Assembly (NCBI GenBank): GCA_964511345.1
Contig: CAZEEV010000002.1
Span: forward strand, 2,770-66,769
DNA from: an uncultured Pseudomonadales bacterium
GTDB taxonomy: Bacteria; Patescibacteriota; Microgenomatia; UBA1400; PJMF01
Length of the DNA stretch: 64,000 nt
Direction of reading: 5' to 3'
The position numbers and the translations under genes are program-made. Below the pieces are notes generated by a model. It did no database searches, was not told where the DNA came from, and saw only the letters and a list, made by a program, of their open reading frames with translations. Of the stretch, positions 18,899 to 28,758 are shown piece by piece. Within the stretch, counting starts at the first letter, position 1. Every line of letters begins with the position of its first letter.

Positions 18899-19994
18899 AG
18901 ATTGCCTTTTCTTTAAAAATAAAGTTAAAAAATAGAATATTGCCTACTTTTTCTTGGCCACTAGCACCTAGATGACGGACGCCTATTATCTTTTCTTGTT
19001 TCCAAAAATCAGATTGATCTAACATTTCCAATGAACTCATACTCTCATTTTTATACATAGAAATAAATCTTGAATTATTTTGCAAGATATTAGTCATTTC
19101 ATTTTGAAACCTTAAAAAAGAATCATAAAGAACAAATCCTTGCTGTTCATCTAATTTAGCACAACCATTTGAATCAATGACCTCGCATTCTAATGGAGAC
19201 ATTGTTGTGACTAATTTAAAATTATATTTTTTCTCCAAAACTTTCATTTCATTAAGTAAAAAAGTAATTTTTTTATTATTGAAATCGAGTAATAAGTTCG
19301 GGTCACTTTCAATATGAAACCAATCAACTGAAGCGTCTTTCTTTAACTCACCAAAATAAAGTAAGAAGTCTCCTAAATTAGTATTTTTAACAATCGGCAA
19401 TTTTTGATAAATCCAACCTGACCAGAAATAGAAATTTTTAAAAGATTTTTCCCTATGAAAAGAATCTCCTTCTAAGCTGTAAAGTGGCTTTTCCACATTA
19501 TCAAACAAATCATTCCAATAAAATTGCCATATAACTAATTTTGGTCGTAAAAACTTAACAATATCAGTAAATCTGGCAAATTGTTGATCATTGCCAGTTC
19601 CATTAGTTGCAATTCTAATTAATCTGTAGCAATTGTGATTTTTGACAGAAAGTCTATCTACGAAATGCTCAGCATACGGCTTGCCTTCGTAGTCCCATGG
19701 CGAATCTGTAAATGAATCTCCTAGAACCACTATATTTTCACAGTTACCATAACTTTTATTTACGTAAATAACTTTTGAAGTTGAAAACTTCTCTAAAGGT
19801 TCTTCACATATAGAATCCTTGCAGTAAGATTTACCCCAATAAATATATCTCAAATCAAACTTATCGTTTATAGCAGCTTGCAAAATGAAATTTGGTTTGC
19901 AATCGCTACAAAAACGAGGGATAAAATGATTAATAATAATCATGCTTATCAGCAATGAAAAAATAATCATCAAAATAGCCATTACTCTCTTCAT
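18885..19994 (-). CDS. membrane-anchored SGNH-like domain protein (GDSFT motif), paralog A of the C-terminal half of the 22203 protein
   Basis: N-terminal TM helix; VVLGDSFTDSPWDYEGKPYAEHFVDRL...NDQQFARF...WQFYWNDLFDN aligns with LFLGDSFTNSPWNEYDHSYTEYFVSNL...NDQQFARF...WQFCWNDFYEN of the 22203 protein. Confidence 0.4.
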   Translation of the reverse strand: MKRVMAILMIIFSLLISMIIINHFIPRFCSDCKPNFILQAAINDKFDLRYIYWGKSYCKDSICEEPLEKFSTSKVIYVNKSYGNCENIVVLGDSFTDSPWDYEGKPYAEHFVDRLSVKNHNCYRLIRIATNGTGNDQQFARFTDIVKFLRPKLVIWQFYWNDLFDNVEKPLYSLEGDSFHREKSFKNFYFWSGWIYQKLPIVKNTNLGDFLLYFGELKKDASVDWFHIESDPNLLLDFNNKKITFLLNEMKVLEKKYNFKLVTTMSPLECEVIDSNGCAKLDEQQGFVLYDSFLRFQNEMTNILQNNSRFISMYKNESMSSLEMLDQSDFWKQEKIIGVRHLGASGQEKVGNILFFNFIFKEKAIYEDN

Positions 19995-20087
19995 ACCTCC
20001 TTATGTATACAACCTGACCGTCATATTTTCTAGTGAGAATAAATTAGTATTTAGTCATTTATTTATTGCTTTATAATTAATTAATAT

Positions 20088-20753
20088 ATGCACGAAAAAA
20101 ACAATTTTATAAATAAAATATTCAGCCTTCAGCTCCCGCTAAAAGAACGTATTTTTATTTTTATGCGTTTTATTTCAGCTCCTTTTGTTGAAATAGAAAA
20201 TTTAATACCACAAAAAGCGAACATTTTAGATATTGGTTGCGGTCACGGATTACTGGAACTAGTTTTAAAAAACAAAAATAATCAAAGACTTATAACAGGA
20301 ATTGACCCAGATAAAAATAAAATAAAATTTGCTAAAAAGCTGGAACAAAGTTTAAATTTAAAAAATTTGAACTTTTACAACTGCTCTGTTTTTGATGTAA
20401 AAGAAATTAACAAATTTGACTACGTGATAATTTTTGATGTTGATTATCTTTTAGAAAATGAAGAAAAAACAAAATTTCTAAAAAAAATAAGAAAATTGCT
20501 AAATAAAAATGGAATATTGGTGATAAAAACTGTTATCAAAAAGAAAAGTATTGGATACTATCTTTCATATCTTCAAGAATTATTCACTGTCTATTTATTC
20601 AAAAAGACTTTCACAGGTAGTTCACAATTTCATTTTTTAACAATAGAAGAATATAAAAGAATCTTAAAAAATAATAACTATAAAGTAATTAAAGATGGCA
20701 AATTAAAAACAAAATTTTATCATCCACATTATTATTTTATAGCCAAGAAATAG
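20088..20753 (+). CDS. class I SAM-dependent methyltransferase
   Basis: Motif I ILDIGCGHGLLELVL; acidic residue at the end of beta2 (GIDPD); 221 aa. Confidence 0.75.
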   Translation: MHEKNNFINKIFSLQLPLKERIFIFMRFISAPFVEIENLIPQKANILDIGCGHGLLELVLKNKNNQRLITGIDPDKNKIKFAKKLEQSLNLKNLNFYNCSVFDVKEINKFDYVIIFDVDYLLENEEKTKFLKKIRKLLNKNGILVIKTVIKKKSIGYYLSYLQELFTVYLFKKTFTGSSQFHFLTIEEYKRILKNNNYKVIKDGKLKTKFYHPHYYFIAKK

Positions 20754-20761
20754 TTGCCACT

Positions 20762-21346
20762 TTATTTTTCCTCCAAAAAAAATATTTCTTGATTATAATT
20801 TTTTTCTAAGAGTTTTGGTTGATAACCAGCCTGATTTAATGAATCGTAAAAATATTGGAATCTGTATCTTTCTATTGAAGTTTGATCTAAAACATAAATA
20901 TGATCACAATATTTACTTTTATTTTGAAAATTTTCAAACGAATTGTTGATCATAATTACATTAGTTTTTTTACCTAAAAAATAATTAGCTGACAAATAGT
21001 TCCAATATGGGACAGTTATCAAACAGCTATTATCTAAAAACGCAAAATCATTAAAACTAGCTATCGGATGTTTAACATAGTCAAAACGAGCATAATTTTT
21101 AAATGGCTGATAATCTTGCATAAAATAGATTAAAAATTGGCTTAGCTGGAAAAAAACTAATATAAAAAGCATAATTTTAAAAATAGCTTTCTTTGAATAA
21201 GAAGAAAAAAAATCTGCTAGTAAAATATAAAAAACAACAATGAATGATAAGATTGCTCTAACATAAAAAAGTCTGTTATTGGCAAAGTAATTAACCAATA
21301 AAAAAAACATAAACATAATAAAAACACTCCAAGATATTAATTTCAT
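20762..21346 (-). CDS. GT-C glycosyltransferase paralog B, C-terminal piece (split gene)
   Basis: Aligns to the C-terminal third of the 14339 protein (HPIASFNDFAFLDNSCLITVPYWNYLSANYFLGKK versus HPVAYFANYNFEKNSCIIPMPYWNYLSLRYFLGQK); its start overlaps the stop of the upstream piece (ATGA). Confidence 0.45.
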   Translation of the reverse strand: MKLISWSVFIMFMFFLLVNYFANNRLFYVRAILSFIVVFYILLADFFSSYSKKAIFKIMLFILVFFQLSQFLIYFMQDYQPFKNYARFDYVKHPIASFNDFAFLDNSCLITVPYWNYLSANYFLGKKTNVIMINNSFENFQNKSKYCDHIYVLDQTSIERYRFQYFYDSLNQAGYQPKLLEKNYNQEIFFLEEK

Positions 21347-22194
21347 ATGGAAAAATTTTTTTGTTCAGAAATTATATAAATCATAAAGATTAATAAGGAT
21401 AAATAAGGAAAGACTAAAAAATTCAACTTATTTATGTCTTGAACAGGAATTAATCCAAAAGAATTTAAAAGCAAGCTGATAGTGTTTTTGGCAGTGTGAG
21501 GAAGCAACCATCCATTATCTGATAAAGATTTTTGAATGTTCCCAAAGAAAATTGGGATAAACCAAGCTACACCTAATAAAAAAATAGAAATAAAAAAAAG
21601 AATCTTTTTGAAATCCTTATTTCCTTTCTTGTTAAGTAAATAAATTAATGGCCATAATGGAATTATCCATATCATGCTGTAATCGGTAAAAAAACCTAAT
21701 ATTGCGATAGTCGATAAAAATGTGACATTGCCATAGGATAATTTTCTTTTATTTTTTATTAATTCAAACCAAAATAACGAATAAATAATAGCCACGCCTA
21801 TCAACATAGCAAACATTCTGTACTGGATAGATAGATGTACTAAATATATATTGCTTAAAAATAAAATAAAAAAAGCAAATAAAAATTGGGGTGTGAGCTT
21901 TTTTTTGAAATAAAAAAAAGAAAAAACTAAACAAAAGAATAAAATCAGAACCTGCATTGACCTGTATACAAAAATACTATTATCAAATCCTATTAGCAAA
22001 ATAGGGGCCTTCATAAGAGCGTACCATAGACCAGGATGAACATAATCAGGAGCTTTTAATAACAGATCTTTTAAGTTAACATCTCTAGAAAACATAACTG
22101 ACAAGAACTCATCCTCCATTGGGTCATGCATTCTGATTGCAAAATACTGTGGAATAAAAAAACTGCACAAAAAACAAAACAGATAAAAAAACAA
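21343..22194 (-). CDS. GT-C glycosyltransferase paralog B, N-terminal piece (split gene)
   Basis: Aligns to aa 30-320 of the 14339 protein, including the DE motif (HDPMEDEFLS) and the IWIIPLWPL block. Confidence 0.45.
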   Translation of the reverse strand: MFFYLFCFLCSFFIPQYFAIRMHDPMEDEFLSVMFSRDVNLKDLLLKAPDYVHPGLWYALMKAPILLIGFDNSIFVYRSMQVLILFFCLVFSFFYFKKKLTPQFLFAFFILFLSNIYLVHLSIQYRMFAMLIGVAIIYSLFWFELIKNKRKLSYGNVTFLSTIAILGFFTDYSMIWIIPLWPLIYLLNKKGNKDFKKILFFISIFLLGVAWFIPIFFGNIQKSLSDNGWLLPHTAKNTISLLLNSFGLIPVQDINKLNFLVFPYLSLLIFMIYIISEQKNFSI

Positions 22195-22202
22195 GTTTTT
22201 TT

Positions 22203-24329
22203 CTAGTAATTTTCATGTATCGATTGATTATTAGAAATAAAATTTAAAAATAAAATATTGCCAGCTTTCTCTTGACCACTAGGCTCCAAGTGACGAGTGC
22301 CTATATTTTTTTCTAAAACAGAAAAATCAGATTGATTAAATATTTGCTCTTTTGTTAAGGAATCGCTATCAGACATGGAAACAAATTTAGAATTACGTTT
22401 TAAAATATCCACTAAACTAGTTTGTATTATAAAAGCGTCAGTATTGTCTAATTCATCTAAAATGCCACATCCCTCAGAAAAAACAAGCTCACACTCTAAG
22501 GGAGAAATTGTTGTAGCCAACTTGAAATCATATTTTTTTGCTAAAAATTTCATTCTATCTAAAAAATATATAATTTTGTTCTCGTTAGAATTTATTAATG
22601 AATCCAAATTTCCTTCAACTTCAGACTCATTTATAAAAAAATTATTATTTTTTTCTCCAAAATAAAGTAAAAAATTACCTAAATTAGTATTAACTAAAAA
22701 TGGAAACTTTTGATTGAGCCATCCAGCCCAAAAGTAGGAATTTGCGTAGGATTTTTCTCTGTGAAAGTTGCCATTATTATCTAATTTATATAAAGGTCTA
22801 TCAAAATTTTCATAAAAGTCATTCCAGCAAAATTGCCAAAAAACCATTTTGGGCTTAATAATGTCGATAATGTCTAAAAATCTAGCAAATTGTTGATCAT
22901 TGTTAGTAGCACTAGTAGCTACCCTAACAAGCGAATAACATTTTTGATCTTTAGCTGCAAGATTAGATACAAAATATTCTGTATATGAATGATCATATTC
23001 GTTCCAAGGAGAATTTGTAAAAGAATCTCCTAAAAAAAGTATTTTTTCACAATTACCAAGATCTTCGTTATAAGATACAACTTTATTTGTTGAATACATT
23101 TCAGCAGAATTCTTACAATTAGTTTTACAATAAGAATTCCCCCAAAAAACATATTTTGGATCAAAAACTGCAGAATCAACCAGTATCTGGATAAACTGTG
23201 GTTTGTAATTTTTACAAAGATAAGGAATTAAAAAATTAAGTATAACTAAAGAAAATATTAAAGAGGCGATAAGAGAAGAAATAACTAAAAGAATTCTAAA
23301 AAAATTTATTTTGTTATTTATAGCACTAAACCAAGAAGATTTTGAGCTACCTTTAATTTCTTTTTCAATCCAAAGATAAGTTTCTTTCATGCCTTTTTTC
23401 AAAGAAATACTTGGCTGCCAATTTAAATATTTTTTAATCAAAGTATTATCACTACTTCTGCCACGTACACCTTTTGGGGCATCGGGATTATAGCGATGCT
23501 CCAGTTTTGTCTGAGCTATCCCTTCGATTAAATCTACAAGTTCATTAACAGTAACCAGCTCATTTGTGCCCAAATTAATTGGCTCTTTAATGTCACTGTG
23601 CATGATTAGATCGATACCTTTGACACAGTCATCAATGTACATGAAAGTTCTTGATTGCTTGCCATCTCCCCAAATTTCAATTTCTTTTTGTCCTGAAATT
23701 TTAGCTTCAATTACTTTGCGAATTAAGGCAGCGGGAGCTTTTTCTCTACCACCTTTGTACTCTCCAAATGGACCATAAACATTATGAAAGCGTGCAACTC
23801 TAGTTTCTAAGCCAAAATCCTCCATAAAATGGCGACACAAACGCTCAGAAAAGAGTTTCTCCCAACCATAACCATCTTCTGGCATAGCTGGATAAGCGTC
23901 TTCTTCTTTAAGACCAGCAATTTTAGCATTTGTTTGTTTATTAGCCGCATAAACACAGGCAGACGAAGAATAAAAGAATCTGTTAACCCCAGCTTCTTTA
24001 GAAGCCAGAAGCATGTGAGTATTAATCAAAACATTAAGCATGCATAAAGCTTTGTTGCTTTCTATAAAACCCATGCCACCCATATTTGCGGCCAAATTAT
24101 AAACTTCATCCATGTTTTTGACCGCAGTCTTACAATTTCGCAAATCTTTCAGATCTAAACTCAAATTCTCTACTCCCATGCTCAATTGGTGCCAATCTTT
24201 AAGAGGCTTTATATCTACTGCACGAATTTTTCGATAACCTTGCTTTTGCAAATATTTAATTAAGTGCCCACCTATAAACCCACCAGCACCAGTCACTAAA
24301 ACCTTAATTTCTTTTTTTGATAAACTCAT
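22203..24329 (-). CDS. NAD-dependent sugar epimerase/dehydratase (extended SDR) fused to a TM segment and a C-terminal SGNH-like domain (paralog B)
   Basis: N-terminal Rossmann VLVTGAGGFIGGHLIKYL; catalytic-region SSSACVYA...Y..AK context; mid-protein TM helix; C-terminal half paralogous to the 18885 protein, including LFLGDSFTNSPW. Confidence 0.65.
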   Translation of the reverse strand: MSLSKKEIKVLVTGAGGFIGGHLIKYLQKQGYRKIRAVDIKPLKDWHQLSMGVENLSLDLKDLRNCKTAVKNMDEVYNLAANMGGMGFIESNKALCMLNVLINTHMLLASKEAGVNRFFYSSSACVYAANKQTNAKIAGLKEEDAYPAMPEDGYGWEKLFSERLCRHFMEDFGLETRVARFHNVYGPFGEYKGGREKAPAALIRKVIEAKISGQKEIEIWGDGKQSRTFMYIDDCVKGIDLIMHSDIKEPINLGTNELVTVNELVDLIEGIAQTKLEHRYNPDAPKGVRGRSSDNTLIKKYLNWQPSISLKKGMKETYLWIEKEIKGSSKSSWFSAINNKINFFRILLVISSLIASLIFSLVILNFLIPYLCKNYKPQFIQILVDSAVFDPKYVFWGNSYCKTNCKNSAEMYSTNKVVSYNEDLGNCEKILFLGDSFTNSPWNEYDHSYTEYFVSNLAAKDQKCYSLVRVATSATNNDQQFARFLDIIDIIKPKMVFWQFCWNDFYENFDRPLYKLDNNGNFHREKSYANSYFWAGWLNQKFPFLVNTNLGNFLLYFGEKNNNFFINESEVEGNLDSLINSNENKIIYFLDRMKFLAKKYDFKLATTISPLECELVFSEGCGILDELDNTDAFIIQTSLVDILKRNSKFVSMSDSDSLTKEQIFNQSDFSVLEKNIGTRHLEPSGQEKAGNILFLNFISNNQSIHENY

Positions 24330-25473
24330 AAATTCTTTCTAATTTACTTAGCCAACTATTTTGTATAGCAATTTCTCTTTGTACAGACTGTTTTTTGAAA
24401 CGATGAGATTCCTTTAACAACTGATTTATATTCTTTTGCCACCGTTCTGAGTCAGCTCCCATTTTAACGAAATCACTAAAACGTTCAAGCTCATCAATTT
24501 GTGCACTAACAACAGGTTTACCAGCATAAAAATATTCAAAAACTTTCATCGGATATGAATAACGATTAAAATCAAAGGACGAATCGTAAGGAATCATGCA
24601 TATATCAAACCTATCTAGTATAGAAAGAATTGCCTTCCTCGGTTGTTTCTCATAATAAAAACAATTTTTTTTCTGACATATTTTATTAAAAGAATCTCGA
24701 TAAGAAGGATTTGCTGGTACATTATCTTCATGGTGCCAAGGACCAATAAAAACAAAATTCCATTGTCTATTATTTAGAACTAAATTCTCTATTAATTTGA
24801 AATCCAATCTTTCACTAATTTGGCCAATAAAACCAATAATTGGTTTCCCATCTGGTAAAATGAGAGCTGTTTTTTTATTATTTGCCGAAAAACTATCCAA
24901 ATCAAAACCCTGTGGAACAATTTCTATTTTATTTTTAAGATTGATGTGTTCTCTCTTGATAAACTTCTCGTACTGCTTTAATAAAGTATGGGAAATAACA
25001 AAAATATGATCGGCTTTTGTCAGTAATTTTCTTTTAGCTTTGGTTAAAATAAATTCTGCTTGCTCGTTTTCAGAGGTGTGGAAATCAACAATGTCAAAAA
25101 TAATTTGCCACCATGGCAAACTTAACTGAACAGCGGTAACAAGTTGTGGAAAAAACATCCATAAATAACAATCCTTAAAGTTTCTATGTTTTATTGACAA
25201 ATAAACTTGCAAAGCAGAAAAATAGATTGCTCTATTAAGATCTTTTATAAAAACAAATCTTCTAAAAGGTAAGAAATCAATAGGTTTTAAATAATTAATT
25301 TTTTTCCCAAATATCAATGATCTTAGTACTTGAACTAGAGATTGAGAACTTGAGCAATCGATAATATAGACAAAATTGTTTTTGGCCAAAACTTTTTTTG
25401 TTTGCCATAAGAAATCACAAACTTGATCTTCATTTGATATATTTGGAATAATAATGACCGAGTTTTTAATCAT
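24304..25473 (-). CDS. GT4/GT1-fold glycosyltransferase
   Basis: Two Rossmann-like halves; C-terminal FIGQISERLDFKLIENLV...FVFIGPW...KPVVSAQI, typical GT4 layout. Confidence 0.5.
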   Translation of the reverse strand: MIKNSVIIIPNISNEDQVCDFLWQTKKVLAKNNFVYIIDCSSSQSLVQVLRSLIFGKKINYLKPIDFLPFRRFVFIKDLNRAIYFSALQVYLSIKHRNFKDCYLWMFFPQLVTAVQLSLPWWQIIFDIVDFHTSENEQAEFILTKAKRKLLTKADHIFVISHTLLKQYEKFIKREHINLKNKIEIVPQGFDLDSFSANNKKTALILPDGKPIIGFIGQISERLDFKLIENLVLNNRQWNFVFIGPWHHEDNVPANPSYRDSFNKICQKKNCFYYEKQPRKAILSILDRFDICMIPYDSSFDFNRYSYPMKVFEYFYAGKPVVSAQIDELERFSDFVKMGADSERWQKNINQLLKESHRFKKQSVQREIAIQNSWLSKLERIYEFIKKRN

Positions 25474-25499
25474 TTCTTGTTTATAATAAGCTATAAAGC

Positions 25500-26390
25500 A
25501 TGAAAACTGAAATATCTATTGCCATTATTACCAAAAATAGAAAAAAAGAGCTAGAAAATTGTTTAGATAGTATCGTCAAACAAACCTTAATCCCTAAAGT
25601 TATTATTATCGATAATGATGAAAAACTTTCTGCTAAACATATTATTAATAACAAAAAATATAAACAAATAAAAATTAATTACTATTATTCCAAAGGAAGT
25701 GTCCCTAAATGCAGAAACTTCGCTGTAAGAATGGCTAAAAACAAATATTTAGGCTTTGTGGATGATGATTGTATATTAGATAAAAAGTGGACAGAGAATG
25801 GTCTTAAATCAATCAAAAAAAATAAAACGGCTTATGTTTTGGGCAAAACACTACTCCTAAATCCACACAATATCTTTGCTTTGGCTCAATATTCTAGAGA
25901 TGATTATTGGAAAAATTATAACTCCCAAATTTTTGACACTAAGAATGCTATCTTAAATCTCGATGTAATTAAAAAATCTAAGTTGCAATTTGATGAAAAA
26001 TGTCAAAAAGAATTTTATGATAGCGCAGATTTTGATTTTGATTTTGCACTTAAAAAAGCTGGGCTTAAAGGATATTTTTGCAAAAGAATGACTTTACTAC
26101 ATAAAGAAACTACTAATTTCGATCGTTTTAAAAAAAGAGCCTACTGCCGAGGATATTTAGCCAAATATTTGGACAGAAAATGGAAATTAAATGATAAGCT
26201 AGTTGATTTAAGAAACAGATATTTTTATTTTTGGTTATTAAAGGCGATCAAAGATTCTTTTAAAGACTTTAAAAGATATAGTAAGCATATGGAATCGCCA
26301 CTTTATAAAAAAATATTAGCAACCTTTGTAATTAAGCTGTTTGAGCGTTACTATGTCACTGGATATGTTTCAAATCAAGAAAATAGGTAA
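25500..26390 (+). CDS. GT2 family glycosyltransferase
   Basis: ISIAIITKNRKKELENCLDSIVKQT plus DxD (FVDDDC). Confidence 0.65.
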   Translation: MKTEISIAIITKNRKKELENCLDSIVKQTLIPKVIIIDNDEKLSAKHIINNKKYKQIKINYYYSKGSVPKCRNFAVRMAKNKYLGFVDDDCILDKKWTENGLKSIKKNKTAYVLGKTLLLNPHNIFALAQYSRDDYWKNYNSQIFDTKNAILNLDVIKKSKLQFDEKCQKEFYDSADFDFDFALKKAGLKGYFCKRMTLLHKETTNFDRFKKRAYCRGYLAKYLDRKWKLNDKLVDLRNRYFYFWLLKAIKDSFKDFKRYSKHMESPLYKKILATFVIKLFERYYVTGYVSNQENR

Positions 26391-27927
26391 ATACTACAAA
26401 AAATCAATCGTTCCAATGTTCCTCAATGAATTAAAGTCATTGAGGAAATCAAGTGATACAGAGGCGATAGTTGCTTCAATTGTATTTTTATTAGTAGCTC
26501 CTTTTATTCCAAATGTGAAATTATTTTTTGTTGCTTCTTTTGTACTCCTGGCATTTTTAGTGATGAAATATGGTTTTATAAAAGCGTTTATTTATACAAT
26601 TTTGCCAGTGAGTTTAATACATATTGGGCAAACACATTATGTATCAGTCATTCCTCAATCAAAAATTATGTCTCCACGATATTTTGAAGACATTAGATTG
26701 GTTTTTACAGTAACACCCTCAATAATTATCTCATGTGCCAGTTTATTGTTAATACCATGGTTTTATAAAAATAAAATTTTTAAGGAAAAATTATTTGAAC
26801 ACGAGAAATTATTGATTGGATTGGCTGGTTGTGCAGTTTTATCAAGTTTCTATGGTAGTTTAATGCCAGGTTTGAGTTTATTTGCAGCTTTCTCACAATT
26901 TTCAATATTGATCTGGGCTTGGTATTTAATTAACTATTTAGGATTTGCCAAAAAAGATGAAAAAATAAAGGTTATATTTTCCATATTATTGATATTAGCC
27001 ATAATGGTTTGTTACGAAGCTCTAATTGTCTTCGCCCAACAATTGATGGGCTCGCCACTTGGCATAAAAGTTGAACCCACACAATACGCCGCATCATTTG
27101 GTAGCGGAGCAGATGAAGGAAATGGTGGTTTTAGACCACTTGGTTTACAATTTCATCCTAATGGCATGGCTAATAACCAATTAATTTTAATGAGTAGCAT
27201 TATTTTGCTCCTAAGTTTTTTAAAGAAGAAAATCATTTTAAAACCATTAATTAAAAAGTTCTTAGCCACAACCATTATTTTTTCAACAATGTCAATTATT
27301 CTTTCTCTGAGTCGTGCTGTTTATATTTCTTGTGTTGCAGGAATAATCATATATGTATTATATTTTCCAAAATCAATTAATTACGTACTTAAAACAATAA
27401 AGGAAATTAATAAAAAGATTAACACAAAAGTTAAAATTATTTTTATTTTATTATTACTTGCCTTCGTTATTAAATTTACAAATAGAATGTTAAATACTGT
27501 CTATTCCTTTGCTCAAAATGGCGGAGTAGAAACGAGAATCAAACAATACGTTGAAGCAGCTGAAGTTTTTAAGAGAAGCCCAATACTTGGCATAGGCGAC
27601 TCAATGTTTATCCCAACTTCGTATCAGTTGTTTCCAAACGGAATAATGGTTTATTTTCCAGAGAATGTTCATAACGGATTTTTCCTCTTTCTCATTGAGA
27701 AAGGAAGCCTATCAGCAATAATGTATATTATTGCCTTTATATTAACTTACTCTGTAATTAAAAAATTAAAAATTAACAAGATCAATAAGATCATGATATA
27801 CTCAGTTGCCGTTGCCAACTATACTATTATGTTCTTTCATCCAGAAAGAAATTTTTTAAGTTTATTAATCGTCTTTATACTAGTAGTGGTACATTATGAA
27901 AAATATTATTCAATCAATAAAAACTAA
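26341..27927 (+). CDS. O-antigen ligase/polymerase-like (Wzy_C) membrane protein, second copy
   Basis: About 10 TM helices; VHNGFFLFLIEKGSL motif (Wzy_C HN..L...E.G). The ORF-track start overlaps the upstream gene by 50 bp, so an alternative ATG near 26416 (MFLNELKS) is more plausible. Confidence 0.55.
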   Translation: MSVTMSLDMFQIKKIGKYYKKSIVPMFLNELKSLRKSSDTEAIVASIVFLLVAPFIPNVKLFFVASFVLLAFLVMKYGFIKAFIYTILPVSLIHIGQTHYVSVIPQSKIMSPRYFEDIRLVFTVTPSIIISCASLLLIPWFYKNKIFKEKLFEHEKLLIGLAGCAVLSSFYGSLMPGLSLFAAFSQFSILIWAWYLINYLGFAKKDEKIKVIFSILLILAIMVCYEALIVFAQQLMGSPLGIKVEPTQYAASFGSGADEGNGGFRPLGLQFHPNGMANNQLILMSSIILLLSFLKKKIILKPLIKKFLATTIIFSTMSIILSLSRAVYISCVAGIIIYVLYFPKSINYVLKTIKEINKKINTKVKIIFILLLLAFVIKFTNRMLNTVYSFAQNGGVETRIKQYVEAAEVFKRSPILGIGDSMFIPTSYQLFPNGIMVYFPENVHNGFFLFLIEKGSLSAIMYIIAFILTYSVIKKLKINKINKIMIYSVAVANYTIMFFHPERNFLSLLIVFILVVVHYEKYYSINKN

Positions 27928-28753
27928 AAAAACATTTAAGTTAAATTTTTTTGCATTATTTCTAGTTGGTTTTTTAACAGTACTAACTTATCTTTTTCTA
28001 AGTAGAAAAACAACTCACTTGGACATTACTTTACGCTTATATAATCAAGATGTACCTGAATATTATTTAGGTAGCAATGCTCCCTATGTTTGGTATACAG
28101 AAAAAATAATTCCTGGTAAAGCTACTAAAAATCTGTTGGGCGAAAGTACGATAGAGATTGTCGATACATTTAGCTATCCAACGGCTTATGTAAACAATGA
28201 GGTTTATGTAACATTACGTGTAAAAGCAGTGCAAAATAAAGTTACTAAACAATATACTTATGAGGGAAGTCCCTTATTAATTAATGACATACGTTCCTTT
28301 AAAATCCAAGACTTGTTGTTAAATGGAGTTATTGTTGATTTGTCCAATCAACAATATGAAACCAAAAAATTCAAAATTTTAGTAACACTTAATAACAGAA
28401 GCTACAATTTTCAGAACAACAGTGATGTCATAGTCAAGGGAATAGAAAATTATATAGCTGATTTGGTTAAAGAGAATATGATTATCAAAGATAGTAAAGG
28501 TAATGAAATTGCAAAAATTCTCAAAGTTACAAAAAAACCTGGAGAAAAAGTTGTTTCATCAAGCACTGGGGTAAAGAGTTTCCAAGATCCTGAAAGAACG
28601 CAGGTTGTTATTGAAACAGAAGTTTTGACCGAAAAAATTGGTAATTCTTACTTTTATAAAAAAACCACTCCAATCCTCGCTGGCGAAGGAATCTGGCTAT
28701 ATTTGGATAATATTACTGTGACTGGAACAATTTTGTCTGTATTGCCGGAATAA
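27896..28753 (+). CDS. hypothetical protein with a single N-terminal TM anchor (candidate glycan chain-length or processing factor)
   Basis: 285 aa; one TM helix (FFALFLVGFLTVLTYLFL) followed by a soluble domain; no motif. Confidence 0.3.
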   Translation: MKNIIQSIKTKKTFKLNFFALFLVGFLTVLTYLFLSRKTTHLDITLRLYNQDVPEYYLGSNAPYVWYTEKIIPGKATKNLLGESTIEIVDTFSYPTAYVNNEVYVTLRVKAVQNKVTKQYTYEGSPLLINDIRSFKIQDLLLNGVIVDLSNQQYETKKFKILVTLNNRSYNFQNNSDVIVKGIENYIADLVKENMIIKDSKGNEIAKILKVTKKPGEKVVSSSTGVKSFQDPERTQVVIETEVLTEKIGNSYFYKKTTPILAGEGIWLYLDNITVTGTILSVLPE

Positions 28754-28758
28754 TCTTC

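Noticed and set aside
18885-19994. Calling the GDSFT-motif proteins AlgX/AlgJ- or DltD-type O-acyltransferases, with the GT-C proteins acting as MBOAT partners
   Set aside because: The polytopic proteins lack the MBOAT conserved His, and instead carry the GT-C DE loop motif. Only a generic SGNH-like assignment is made.
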